In this document: positions 9,484 to 18,355 of the stretch, in pieces
Layout of the letters: the number at the start of each line of letters is the position of its first letter
Numbering within the stretch: position 1 is the first letter of the stretch
Source of the DNA: an uncultured archaeon
GTDB taxonomy: Archaea > Asgardarchaeota > Lokiarchaeia > Sigyniarchaeales > SOKP01
NCBI GenBank assembly: GCA_964525635.1
Contig: CAZGJX010000081.1
Span: 1 to 21,103, forward strand
Reading direction: 5' to 3'
Length of the DNA stretch: 21,103 nt
Notes under the pieces: generated by a model
What the model was told of the DNA's origin: nothing
The model's input: only the letters and a program-made list of their open reading frames with translations
The model's database searches: none
Made by a program: the position numbers and the translations under genes

Positions 9484-11979
9484 ATGAATAAGAAATTAAT
9501 AGCTTATTATTTATTCTTAATTCTCCTGATATCTGGTTTTATTAATAACTTAGGAATAGTAAATGCATTAAATGAACCAAAATTAGCCAAAGAATATACT
9601 AATACGGAAGAACTTATATTCAAGCAAACTTGGACCAATATTGAATCTAAGGTTCAAAAACCAACTCCTCCTGATGTTTGGGATGTTATAAATAATATAA
9701 CATTATTTTCAAATCCGAATGATACAGTATATCTTGGAGATGATATTATCCCAATATCCCTAATGGGGGGTATTCATTGGACTCATATGGAAATAAACCT
9801 AACAGCTATTTTTGTTTGGGACGATCATGATCCATTAGATGCGGGTGAGATTTATGTCCGCTGGATTCCAAATTATTGGATAGGTCTTCCAGAGTATGAT
9901 ATAAATAACAATTGGCAAAATTACCAATCGATCGATGATTTAACCATTGATCATGATCTATACGTTGAGAGTTCTCATTACTCGATAAGTAGTGCCTCAC
10001 CAAGTTGGTATAACTTTACACAACCGATTACACTCTTTAATGACTCGACAATTTTAAATAATATGCTTATTGAAGTCTTTGATTATGATCCAACTTCTGC
10101 AGACGAATCTCTTGGAGGTGTGTATTGGAACTATATCAATCCAACGGATCTTGAAGGATATTGGATAATTAATCTAGAAGATGCTGATATAGCAATTACA
10201 GTAACTCTTTATGGAACTGATAATACATTTACAGCTAAAAATTTAACAGAGCTTTATCAACCTTTTCTATGTGATAATGATGATACAATTCATACTGCTG
10301 ATCCTAATGGTCTATTTGCTCGAGTAATACATGGTTATGATTCTTCAATTGGTAGAAATGCTTTTTGTATTCAATATTTATATTTTTGGAATGAAGTATG
10401 GCTTGATGGATTTTGGACGGATCAACTTATACATTATAATGATTATGAATTAGTACAAGTTTATTTAAACTTTAGTTATACTGGAGGACCTGTTGCGTAT
10501 CGATTTGTATTTGATAATCATGATTATTATACTAATTCCACAACAGAATGGCGAGATTCCATGGAATATGCAATATATGAGTGGGATACTATTGAAACTG
10601 GAATTCTGACCAAGGAAATCTCTAATTCTATTGAATTACAAACCCTATTAGGTGAGAGATATACAGCAAATTATGAATATAAAAATCTTGACATTTATAC
10701 TTCAAGTCTTTGTGGTTGTTATGGTGGAGTTATATCAATGATGTTAACAATTGAAACATATAATCATCAATTTGCTGTTGGGAATACAGGAGGAGATATT
10801 CTTGGACAATATGAAATAGCCCCATTCACAGATTCTATAATTTATAATTGTTATGGATTGTTGAATTTATCTTTTACGCAAGGAGTACATGAAATAAATA
10901 ATGAAATTATACCTAAATATGCTCCTTTTGCATACGATATATTGAATGTATTTGAAGTTCCCTACATTCATTCAAATTATGCAGATTTAATGCAACAAGC
11001 AGCTCAATTCCAGGGTAATATTCAATCTGGTGGGGGTTTTATTAATGTTGATAAAAATATAACTGTGACTATTGACATTCCTATTCAAACAACAGTTGAT
11101 CTCCCTGATATCTTAACTCCTGAAGACAGTCTTATAACAATTTTAGAATCTTTATTAGATACATCCAGTACTATCCTAACTATTGAGTATTTCTTTAATA
11201 TTACCGCAGATTATGATCTTTGGTTTATACATTATAATTTTCATACAATTATTCAAAATAAAATTGTTATAGATTTTTCTAATCCAATAATACAATTATT
11301 AAATGACTTTATTAGTTTTGTTGACGATATAGAATACTCAATATCTTTATTAAGTGGAATGTTGACTATTGAGTCTAATTTTACTCCTCAATTACTTGGG
11401 GAAATTCTTAATTGCAACATAACAGTTCATATAGATGAAATATTAAAGTACTATTATCCCCCTTTAGGTTATATTCTTAAATTCTTTTTTGATGATATTT
11501 ATTTTAAAATTAATCCTGTAATCAGCGGTTATATAGATTCAGATGTGTATTTAGGAGATTCAATACAAACACTTCATTGGGATACAACTACTAAGAATTT
11601 TAATTTGGACTTGGATATACCTGACACTAGCTATGGAAGTTCTCTTTCTCTTACTTTAGATAATTTTCGATATGGATTAAATTTTCAAGTTGGATGGATT
11701 ATTGGTTATGATACTAGTTATTTTATATCATGGCTTTTTGGAGATGGAGATGAATATCTTCTTGGGATTTGGCCGGATTTAAGTTATGATATGACAGCTC
11801 TTAATGAAGGGATTATATTAAATACTTGGGAGGCTTCGAATGGGCTTTGGAGAAAAGAAAATACAAATAATTTAGGTTCAAATATTCCTTTTGGAAATAT
11901 AATTGTGATATCTGGATTATTTATTTCAAATACCATATATATAGCCTATAAAAAGAGGAGAAAATGCAAAATAAAATAA
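9484..11979 (+). CDS. Large secreted, membrane-anchored surface protein with a C2-like segment, an NPP1/Vps62-like motif and a C-terminal TM+basic sorting tail
   Basis: Signal peptide MNKKLIAYYLFLILLISGF (ATG 9484 preferred over TTG 9430). Motifs IEVFDYDPTSADESLG and CIQYLYFW...HYNDYELVQV. C-terminus GSNIPFGNIIVISGLFISNTIYIAYKKRRK. Confidence 0.8.
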   Translation: MNKKLIAYYLFLILLISGFINNLGIVNALNEPKLAKEYTNTEELIFKQTWTNIESKVQKPTPPDVWDVINNITLFSNPNDTVYLGDDIIPISLMGGIHWTHMEINLTAIFVWDDHDPLDAGEIYVRWIPNYWIGLPEYDINNNWQNYQSIDDLTIDHDLYVESSHYSISSASPSWYNFTQPITLFNDSTILNNMLIEVFDYDPTSADESLGGVYWNYINPTDLEGYWIINLEDADIAITVTLYGTDNTFTAKNLTELYQPFLCDNDDTIHTADPNGLFARVIHGYDSSIGRNAFCIQYLYFWNEVWLDGFWTDQLIHYNDYELVQVYLNFSYTGGPVAYRFVFDNHDYYTNSTTEWRDSMEYAIYEWDTIETGILTKEISNSIELQTLLGERYTANYEYKNLDIYTSSLCGCYGGVISMMLTIETYNHQFAVGNTGGDILGQYEIAPFTDSIIYNCYGLLNLSFTQGVHEINNEIIPKYAPFAYDILNVFEVPYIHSNYADLMQQAAQFQGNIQSGGGFINVDKNITVTIDIPIQTTVDLPDILTPEDSLITILESLLDTSSTILTIEYFFNITADYDLWFIHYNFHTIIQNKIVIDFSNPIIQLLNDFISFVDDIEYSISLLSGMLTIESNFTPQLLGEILNCNITVHIDEILKYYYPPLGYILKFFFDDIYFKINPVISGYIDSDVYLGDSIQTLHWDTTTKNFNLDLDIPDTSYGSSLSLTLDNFRYGLNFQVGWIIGYDTSYFISWLFGDGDEYLLGIWPDLSYDMTALNEGIILNTWEASNGLWRKENTNNLGSNIPFGNIIVISGLFISNTIYIAYKKRRKCKIK

Positions 11980-12027
11980 ATTATTAAAATCTTTTATTCC
12001 TTCTTTATTTTTTTATTGACTCCATAT

Positions 12028-12064
12028 CGAATATAGAAATAAGGTTCATATCCAAAATTGAAAC
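12028..12064 (+). repeat. Isolated degenerate CRISPR repeat B
   Basis: CGAATATAGAAATAAGGTTCATATCCAAAATTGAAAC is 26/37 identical (ungapped) to the array repeat and keeps an intact ATTGAAAC 3' handle. Confidence 0.75.
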
Positions 12065-12171
12065 CAAAATCCAATTTTTTGTAAAAATTTTTATTAAAAA
12101 CATGAAAATATTTTTAAATGATTTTATTTAATAGTTATTTAACTTCTTAACCAAAAGAGATGGGGAATAAA

Positions 12172-12801
12172 ATGGAAAAGACAAAAGAATTTAATTTAAT
12201 AATCAAATAATTCGTATTTTTATCAGGAATTTGGTTTTTTATACTTCATTTGCAGACAGTTTCTATTTATATTATAACCGATTTACCGGGTTATTACAAT
12301 AAAGTATTATCTTTTGGATTCTTCTTTAGAGATTTAGAATTATCAGGAGTTGGTTTTGAAATTCAATTTAATGAGATTCTCAGTGCGATTTGTGTTTTTA
12401 TATTTACATTTGGATTTGTATTATCTTTCTTCTATATAAAAAGAGACGGAATATCCTTTGTAAGAAGATCCTTAAATTTAATAAGTATTTCTTTTATTTT
12501 GATTGGAGGGATAGGATTTGTTAAAAACAATGAAATCAGCCTATCTTATAAAGAATATCAACCAACAAGTGTTGTTCTATTTCTGAAAGAATGGGATATA
12601 CACCCTGTTTTTTATATTATTTTCTTAATCATAGCTTTATTATTCGTAGAATATATCATTTTAGAAAATACAAGACTCCTAACTAAAGACCGTATTAAAA
12701 CTCAATATAAAAATGGATGGAGATATTGTCGATCCTGTGGTGTAGAGATTGTTGATCCAAAAGGGGAATTTTGTTCGAAATGTGGCATCAAAATCAAATA
12801 A
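12172..12801 (+). pseudogene. Multi-pass membrane protein with C-terminal zinc ribbon; in-frame TAA at 12208-12210 (open part 12250-12801)
   Basis: GGGGA then ATG 12172 reads MEKTKEFNLIIK*FVFLSGIWFFILHLQTVS..., in frame with the 183-aa ORF. Several hydrophobic helices. C-terminal YCRSCG...FCSKCG. It could still be expressed from a downstream start. Confidence 0.65.
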
Positions 12802-12832
12802 TTCAAATTTTAAACTTCAATTTCTCTTTATT

Positions 12833-12869
12833 TTAGCATAAAAAATAGTTACTTAAAGAAAATTGTGTT
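12833..12869 (+). repeat. Isolated degenerate CRISPR repeat C
   Basis: TTAGCATAAAAAATAGTTACTTAAAGAAAATTGTGTT is 27/37 identical ungapped (27/32 over positions 2-33). Confidence 0.8.
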
Positions 12870-12959
12870 TATGAGAGAGTGATTCTGTTTTTTTATTTAA
12901 ATATAAGAATTGGAATATAAGTATAGTTTTTATAAGTATGTGTAAAAAAAAAGGATGAT

Positions 12960-13148
12960 ATGGTATCTAAAAGAGAAGTATTTACAAGGAAATGTAATTC
13001 ATGTCCTGTTCAATGCATTGGTCCTTGTATGAATCCTGAAGTAGAATCAAAAAAAGATAGCATAGTTTGGTGTAATGTGAAATTATGGATTTTAACACAA
13101 TATTTAAAAAAAAAAATTGATAATAGATTAAGTGAATCAGAGAAATGA
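12960..13148 (+). CDS. Small Cys-rich protein (CxxCxxxCxGxC...C)
   Basis: 62 aa with KCNSCPVQCIGPC. TTTTATAA TATA-like box about 25-30 nt upstream. ATGA overlap with the next gene. Confidence 0.55.
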   Translation: MVSKREVFTRKCNSCPVQCIGPCMNPEVESKKDSIVWCNVKLWILTQYLKKKIDNRLSESEK

Positions 13149-15076
13149 ATAATACTTCAAATATAGGATTAAAAGCTAGGAATTTAATAACTCTAAAGTC
13201 AATTATTCCTATTCCAAATTTCATTATTATTAATCCTGACGATCTTCTTCAAATCTATAGTACTTTAGAGATTCCAAAGAATTTAAACCCTGATAAACCT
13301 GAAGAGATAAAAAAACTATCTGAAGAACTTATAAAAAATATACATAAAATCCCTTCTGAAATATTTAATTCAATTATAAAGAAAATAAAGAATGCAAAAC
13401 TTTAATATCCCCTTATAATACGATCATGCGCTTCAATTGAGGATGTGAATATTAACTATAATGTCTTGGCAGGTATTTTTGAATCAATAGGACCAATTAA
13501 AGGAAAAAAAGAGATAGAACAAGGAATACTTGAGGTAATAAAATCTTTTTATTCTCCAAAAGCATTATTTCAAATGTTAATATTGGGTATATCGATAAAA
13601 TCTGTATTAATGGGAATCATTATCCAGGAGTACATAGATGGAGAATATTATGGTGTAATATTCTCACATAATCCTTTAACTGGAAAAAAATAATTAATCA
13701 TTGAATATTCAGAAAAACCAGAAGGAGTTACTTCAGGAAAAGGAAGAACAACTATAATATATGAATCTAAAATTGATGATACTACAAGTAATATTTATAG
13801 TCTAAATGAATCCTTAATTTCACAAATTAAAAACTATATTGGGATTTGTTTAGATTTAATGAAACATCCAATAGATATGGAATTTGTGATAAAAGATAAT
13901 GAATTATATATTTTACAGGTAAGAGAATTAATTTTACATAGTCAAAATAAAAAAAAAGTAATTCTTGATAAAAATCTTATAGATATTGCAGAAGGTATTG
14001 TATCTTCTCCTGGATTTTGTAATGGTATTGGAAAGTATATAGATTCATATTCAGAAGAAATAATAGAAAAAGTCAAAGATAATGAAATTATTCTCTCTGA
14101 AGTACTAAATTTGGGAGTATTTCCTTGGATCGCAAATGCTAAGGGATTTTGTACAATAGCATCTGGTTTTGCATCACATGCTTCTATTATTGCTCGACAA
14201 ATGAGAAAACCTATGTTAATTTCGTTAAATCTATCTAAAGATCAATTGAAATTACTTGATGGGAAGGAATTAATTATAAATGCTGGAGAATCTAAAGGAT
14301 ATCTCTTATCCAGTAATGATATTAAAAATATAATAAGTCACAAAAAGAAATCTAATTTCTATTTCTTAAATTGGACATTATCAGATTTATTTTCTTTTAA
14401 GTTAAATGAGATAAAATCGATTATTTTTAGAAATAATCACATATTATTAGTAGAGAAACCGAATGAAGTAGTTGTTTTATGTGATCCTGAAGAAAATATT
14501 TATTTAATCGATCAGGTGAAAACCTATTTTAAATCTTTATATCCTGATAAAATAATCAGATTTGGATATATAGATGAATATTATGAATTATGGCCAATAT
14601 TAGTTATATATCGTTCAGAGAAAAAGGATTTTAAATTCCTTGTTAGTATTAGAGAATTATTTGAGGATATGAAGTTTGATGAGATCAAAAACTTAATTAA
14701 GAATTTAAAGTGTGAGATCAATAAACTACACATAAACTTACAGCAAAAGATTATAAAAAGTTCCATTGACCAAATGAATGACTTATTATTCTTGTATAAT
14801 ATAATCCAACAAATCAGACTTAAATCTACAGTACTCACAGCAATTAATCGTTTATTATTTGATTTTGGCGATCGTTCTTTAAGCGAAATATTAAACCATA
14901 ATTTTGAGGATCCTGCGGTCGTTTTATCTCAATTAGAACAAGGTATTCCATTAAAAAGTCTAGGAATCCAAGATTATAAATCTTTTTCTATCATAGAATT
15001 CTATCTTAAACTTATAAAATTAAAAAATAACATGGATATTCGATTTGATGAGAATAAATTAGATCAGTATATGTAA
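13145..15076 (+). pseudogene. PEP-synthase/PPDK-family dikinase-like gene (ATP-grasp PPDK_N domain + phospho-His swivel domain + unknown C-terminal domain), broken by two in-frame TAA stops
   Basis: ORFs 13145-13405, 13445-13693 and 13859-15076 share one frame, and read-through gives continuous motifs: IGLKARNL..L, IPNFII, *YPLIIRSCASIED...AGIFES, MGIIIQEYIDGEYYGVIFSHNP, *LIIEY...EGVTSG, HPIDMEF...LYILQVR, GIVSSPGFCNG, SGFASHASIIARQMRKP. Stops at 13403-13405 and 13691-13693. A possible frameshifted tail runs to 15204. Confidence 0.88.
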
Positions 15077-15244
15077 TATATGATATGATACAGAAAACCT
15101 CTAAATTGAATAGGAAAGATTTTGGATCATGGGATATTATGCTTTTTAAAATATCTAAAATCCTTGGTATTAAGAATTATTTATTTGACTCTGAATATGA
15201 TTAATAATAGCAAAATTTCATTTCTAATAGATAATATCCATTAG

Positions 15245-15437
15245 ATAATAGAGAAAATAGTTTCATAAAGAAGATTAAAATCCAATCAATAGGTCAATTA
15301 TCTGGTAGCATTCTTCCTTTTAGATAGCATAGAAAATAGCTTCATAAAGAAGATTGAAATGATATAGTAGATTTAATTGTTAATAAATCTATTATTAGTC
15401 ATAGCATAGAAAATAGCTTCATACAGAAGAATGAAAT
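15245..15437 (+). CRISPR. CRISPR mini-array 2: 3 repeats and 2 spacers (42 and 40 nt), same repeat as array 1
   Basis: Repeats at 15245-15281 (31/37), 15324-15360 (36/37) and 15401-15437 (34/37). Confidence 0.93.
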
Positions 15438-15559
15438 ATTACAAGCATCCTATATCTATAGAATTAATATGAATCCAAGCACAACATAATCTAGGTTAAA
15501 ACATTTTATAAAATCAGAAATTATAAAAGTTAAAATGATCATAAAGATCTTGATAGCAA

Positions 15560-15760
15560 ATGACTACAAATCTTAAAAAAGAAGTTATAGCTCTAATAAA
15601 AAAGTTACCAGAAGAAGTTACCCTTGATGATATTATGTATCATCTTTATGTTAAAAAGAAGATATTAATAGGACTTCAAGAAGTTAATCAAGACAAATCA
15701 ATTCCTCACGAAGAAGTCATGGATAATGCTAAGATGAGACTGGAAAAATGGTTAAAATAG
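15560..15760 (+). CDS. Putative type II antitoxin (partner of a RelE/ParE toxin)
   Basis: 66 aa, LKKEVIALIKKLPEEVTLDDIMYHLYV...GL.....IPHEEV, typical of small antitoxins that precede ParE/RelE. It overlaps the toxin start. Confidence 0.75.
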   Translation: MTTNLKKEVIALIKKLPEEVTLDDIMYHLYVKKKILIGLQEVNQDKSIPHEEVMDNAKMRLEKWLK

Positions 15761-15843
15761 AATGGGCACCTACAGCAGAAAAAGATCTCTATGAAATAAT
15801 CGATTATATTACTCAATACTAACCTTATTTTGTTGAGGAATAA
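15748..15843 (+). pseudogene. Truncated RelE/ParE-family toxin remnant
   Basis: MVKIEWAPTAEKDLYEIIDYITQY*PYFVEE* matches the ParE N-terminus (W...A..DL.EI.DYI). TAA at 15820-15822; the rest of the gene is missing. Confidence 0.75.
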
Positions 15844-15985
15844 GTATTATTGTTTTTATTTACTTTCCTATTGACTTTAAAAAATTGGTAAAATATCGAT
15901 TATTTAAAATAAGTATATATATTTTAGAATAATCATTTCTACATATTTATTTATACAACAATATAAGATAAAAAATAAAAAGTGT

Positions 15986-16198
15986 ATGTATATGGCTTCA
16001 AAAAAAGTTTTAATTGTTCTATTGATTGGAATTTTATTATGTATATTTGGAACATTCGCACTAATTTTTAACTATGTTATCAACGCAGATATTTATGCAG
16101 GAAAACCAATAGACATAGCTAATATAATAAATATTATTGCCATAGTTGCTGGAGTACTATTAATTATAATAGGTGTTTATATTAAAAAGAAATCTTAA
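15986..16198 (+). CDS. Small two-TM membrane protein
   Basis: 70 aa with two hydrophobic helices and a basic C-terminus. Confidence 0.7.
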   Translation: MYMASKKVLIVLLIGILLCIFGTFALIFNYVINADIYAGKPIDIANIINIIAIVAGVLLIIIGVYIKKKS

Positions 16199-16242
16199 AT
16201 TAGAATTCTGTTATAAAACACAAAAATTAACAAAATTCTAAT
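16199..16242. terminator. Inverted repeat between convergent genes (possible terminator)
   Basis: ATTAGAATTCTGTT...AACAAAATTCTAAT (13/14 paired), followed by a T-run. Confidence 0.45.
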
Positions 16243-16277
16243 CCATGTTTTTTTTTTCCAAGAATAGAAAAAAAAGA

Positions 16278-16301
16278 TTTTCTAATCTAATGATTAGAAA
16301 A
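16278..16301 (-). terminator. Perfect 10-bp hairpin just downstream of the minus-strand gene
   Basis: TTTTCTAATC-TAAT-GATTAGAAAA, followed on the minus strand by a U-run. Confidence 0.5.
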
Positions 16302-16321
16302 ACATATCTACTAAAAAGGTA

Positions 16322-17014
16322 TTATATTGCTTTTCTTCTTTTAATAATAATTATCGTTACAGCAACACCTATACCAGCAATAGGAAGTGTAATTCCAATA
16401 ATGATTATTAACGTATTATCTCCCCCACTTCCTCCACCATTTGGCTCTTCCTGGACAATCAATTGTAATTCTCCAAGGGGATAACTTGCATTATATTTTC
16501 CATTAGTAACATTATAATAATAGTTATATGATCCAGCAGATAATTGAATCGAAAAATTATATATTACATAACCTATTTAATCATCATTAAATATGTTTTG
16601 TCTTTCCATTTGATATTTAACACCATTTAATGTAATTGATACTTCTATTGGAGCGGAACCATCTGCATCAGAATAATTTAAATAGAAATTAAATATAGTG
16701 GAAGGATATCCTGTTGAAAGTATAACTTCTACATTATTAATTATTGGTCCATTTAGGTTTGTAGTTGTATTTGCTAACCATTTCAATGTATTGTTAGATA
16801 GTAGGTTATTATATGCTTCATCAATGTATAGATTTGTAAAACAATCATCTGTAATCCATAGTAACTTTCCTGAACCATATTGTAAATAACTTACTGTATT
16901 CAATCCTGAAGCATCATTAATTATAGGAGTTAAATATATATTTGAACTCGATGAGATTGAGGAGGTTGGAAATGGAAATAAAATAAAAGTCAAAAAAAGA
17001 TATATAATTCTTTT
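16322..17014 (-). pseudogene. Decayed membrane-anchored surface protein
   Basis: ORF 16993-16577 continues in frame past TAA (16579-16577): NDD*IGYVIYNFSIQLSAGSYNYYYNVTNGKY...GGGSGGDNTLIIIIGITLPIAGIGVAVTIIIIKRRKAI*. A signal-peptide-like KRIIYLFLTFILFPFP lacks an ATG. Confidence 0.75.
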
Positions 17015-17376
17015 TTATTATAGTATAATTGAAATAAAATTAGTAGTAACTAGATTTAAGAAAATTTTTAAATAATTATTTTTATTTCAATTAACATTAT
17101 AGTTGGATAATATAAAGTGGATATTTTGAATAATTATTATACATCACCAAGCAAATATAATCATAATAATATTCTATCAATTAAGAATTAACATGAAAGA
17201 TAAAAATGACATAACTAAAATAATTGAAAACCTTAGTAAAACCCATAAGTATCTAAAAAATATTAAAATCTTGATTGATTTGCCAACCATATAAAATATC
17301 TATAATTACTCACTAATCCAGTATTTAGAAAAATACATATATAAAGGTTTAGTAAGAACAGAATTTTATCTAAATT

Positions 17377-18141
17377 TTATTTGTTGGAATAAGTATGTTG
17401 TCTAAAAATTTCAAATCCAATTATAACTGCTGCCGAATTAAGTGGGAGAGAAGCTAAAAATTCTCGTTTATAAGGAATTGAAAGTCGTAAATCGGACATA
17501 TTTAATATACTTCGATTAATACCTCTTTTTTCACCCCCGATCACAATAAATAATGGAGCCTTAAGATTACTTTGATATATTGATTTACCTTTATCTTTAT
17601 CAGTACAAGCAATTGTGTAATTATTAGATTTAAAGAAATTAGTCGCTGTTTCGAGATCATCAACTAACGCCATCGGCATTATTTCTGAGGTGCCTGCGGA
17701 AGATTTAATAATAATTCCATCTACATTAATCCAATTTCTCTGTTTCATAACGATTCCATCTATACCTGCAGCATATAATGATCGTATAGTATAACCAAGA
17801 TTATAAGGATCTTCAATTCCATCTAAAAAAAAAATGACACAAGGTTTCGATTTCAAGAGTTCAGGCATATTTTGGTAAGTTCTTTCACTTACAATGGCAG
17901 CAATTCCTCCATGAGTTTTCCCAATTGCATTCTCTTCAAACCATTTTTGATCCACTGCTTCAATCTTAACTTCTTTGGAATTCACTGATTCAAGTATTTG
18001 TTTGAGCGATTTTATTCTTTTTTTATTCTTTTTCCTCTGGAGTTTGGCAACATCGTAAAATATAGTCAGAACTTTACGATATTTTGAGTGTAAGACCGCA
18101 TCTACAGAGATTTTTCCCTCAATTAAAATAGAAGGTGGCAT
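17377..18141 (-). CDS. TrmH/SpoU-family RNA 2'-O-methyltransferase (RlmB-like)
   Basis: HGGIAA, LDGIEDPYNLGYTIRS..AAG, SSAG, VIGGEKRGI, IPY....SLPLNSAA (SPOUT motifs). Confidence 0.93.
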   Translation of the reverse strand: MPPSILIEGKISVDAVLHSKYRKVLTIFYDVAKLQRKKNKKRIKSLKQILESVNSKEVKIEAVDQKWFEENAIGKTHGGIAAIVSERTYQNMPELLKSKPCVIFFLDGIEDPYNLGYTIRSLYAAGIDGIVMKQRNWINVDGIIIKSSAGTSEIMPMALVDDLETATNFFKSNNYTIACTDKDKGKSIYQSNLKAPLFIVIGGEKRGINRSILNMSDLRLSIPYKREFLASLPLNSAAVIIGFEIFRQHTYSNK

Positions 18142-18355
18142 TTTCTTTTTCCTTTAATTATAAAATATGTTTATAGTTATGAAAAATGATTTTGTAAGTT
18201 CTTCCTATATCATAATGTATTAACTTTACTAATTAATTATTTATACCGAATTAAGTTTTTTCTAATATTTAATCCTTTTTCAGCATATCATGGGGATGAA
18301 GTTTCATTATACAATTTTAAATTTTGGATTTGGGAAACTTATCCGTTCTAATTTA

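Noticed and set aside
38-15400. Self-targeting spacers
   Set aside because: No match to any spacer was found by eye in the window; this was not tested computationally.
15481-15517. Possible fourth repeat of the mini-array (ACAACATA..., 43 nt after the last repeat)
   Set aside because: Only 6 of the first 8 bases match and the rest does not, so it cannot be told from chance.
16245-16484. 79-aa + strand ORF with a hydrophobic stretch
   Set aside because: It is the mirror of the C-terminal anchor of the minus-strand pseudogene, which has the more coherent linker-TM-basic structure.
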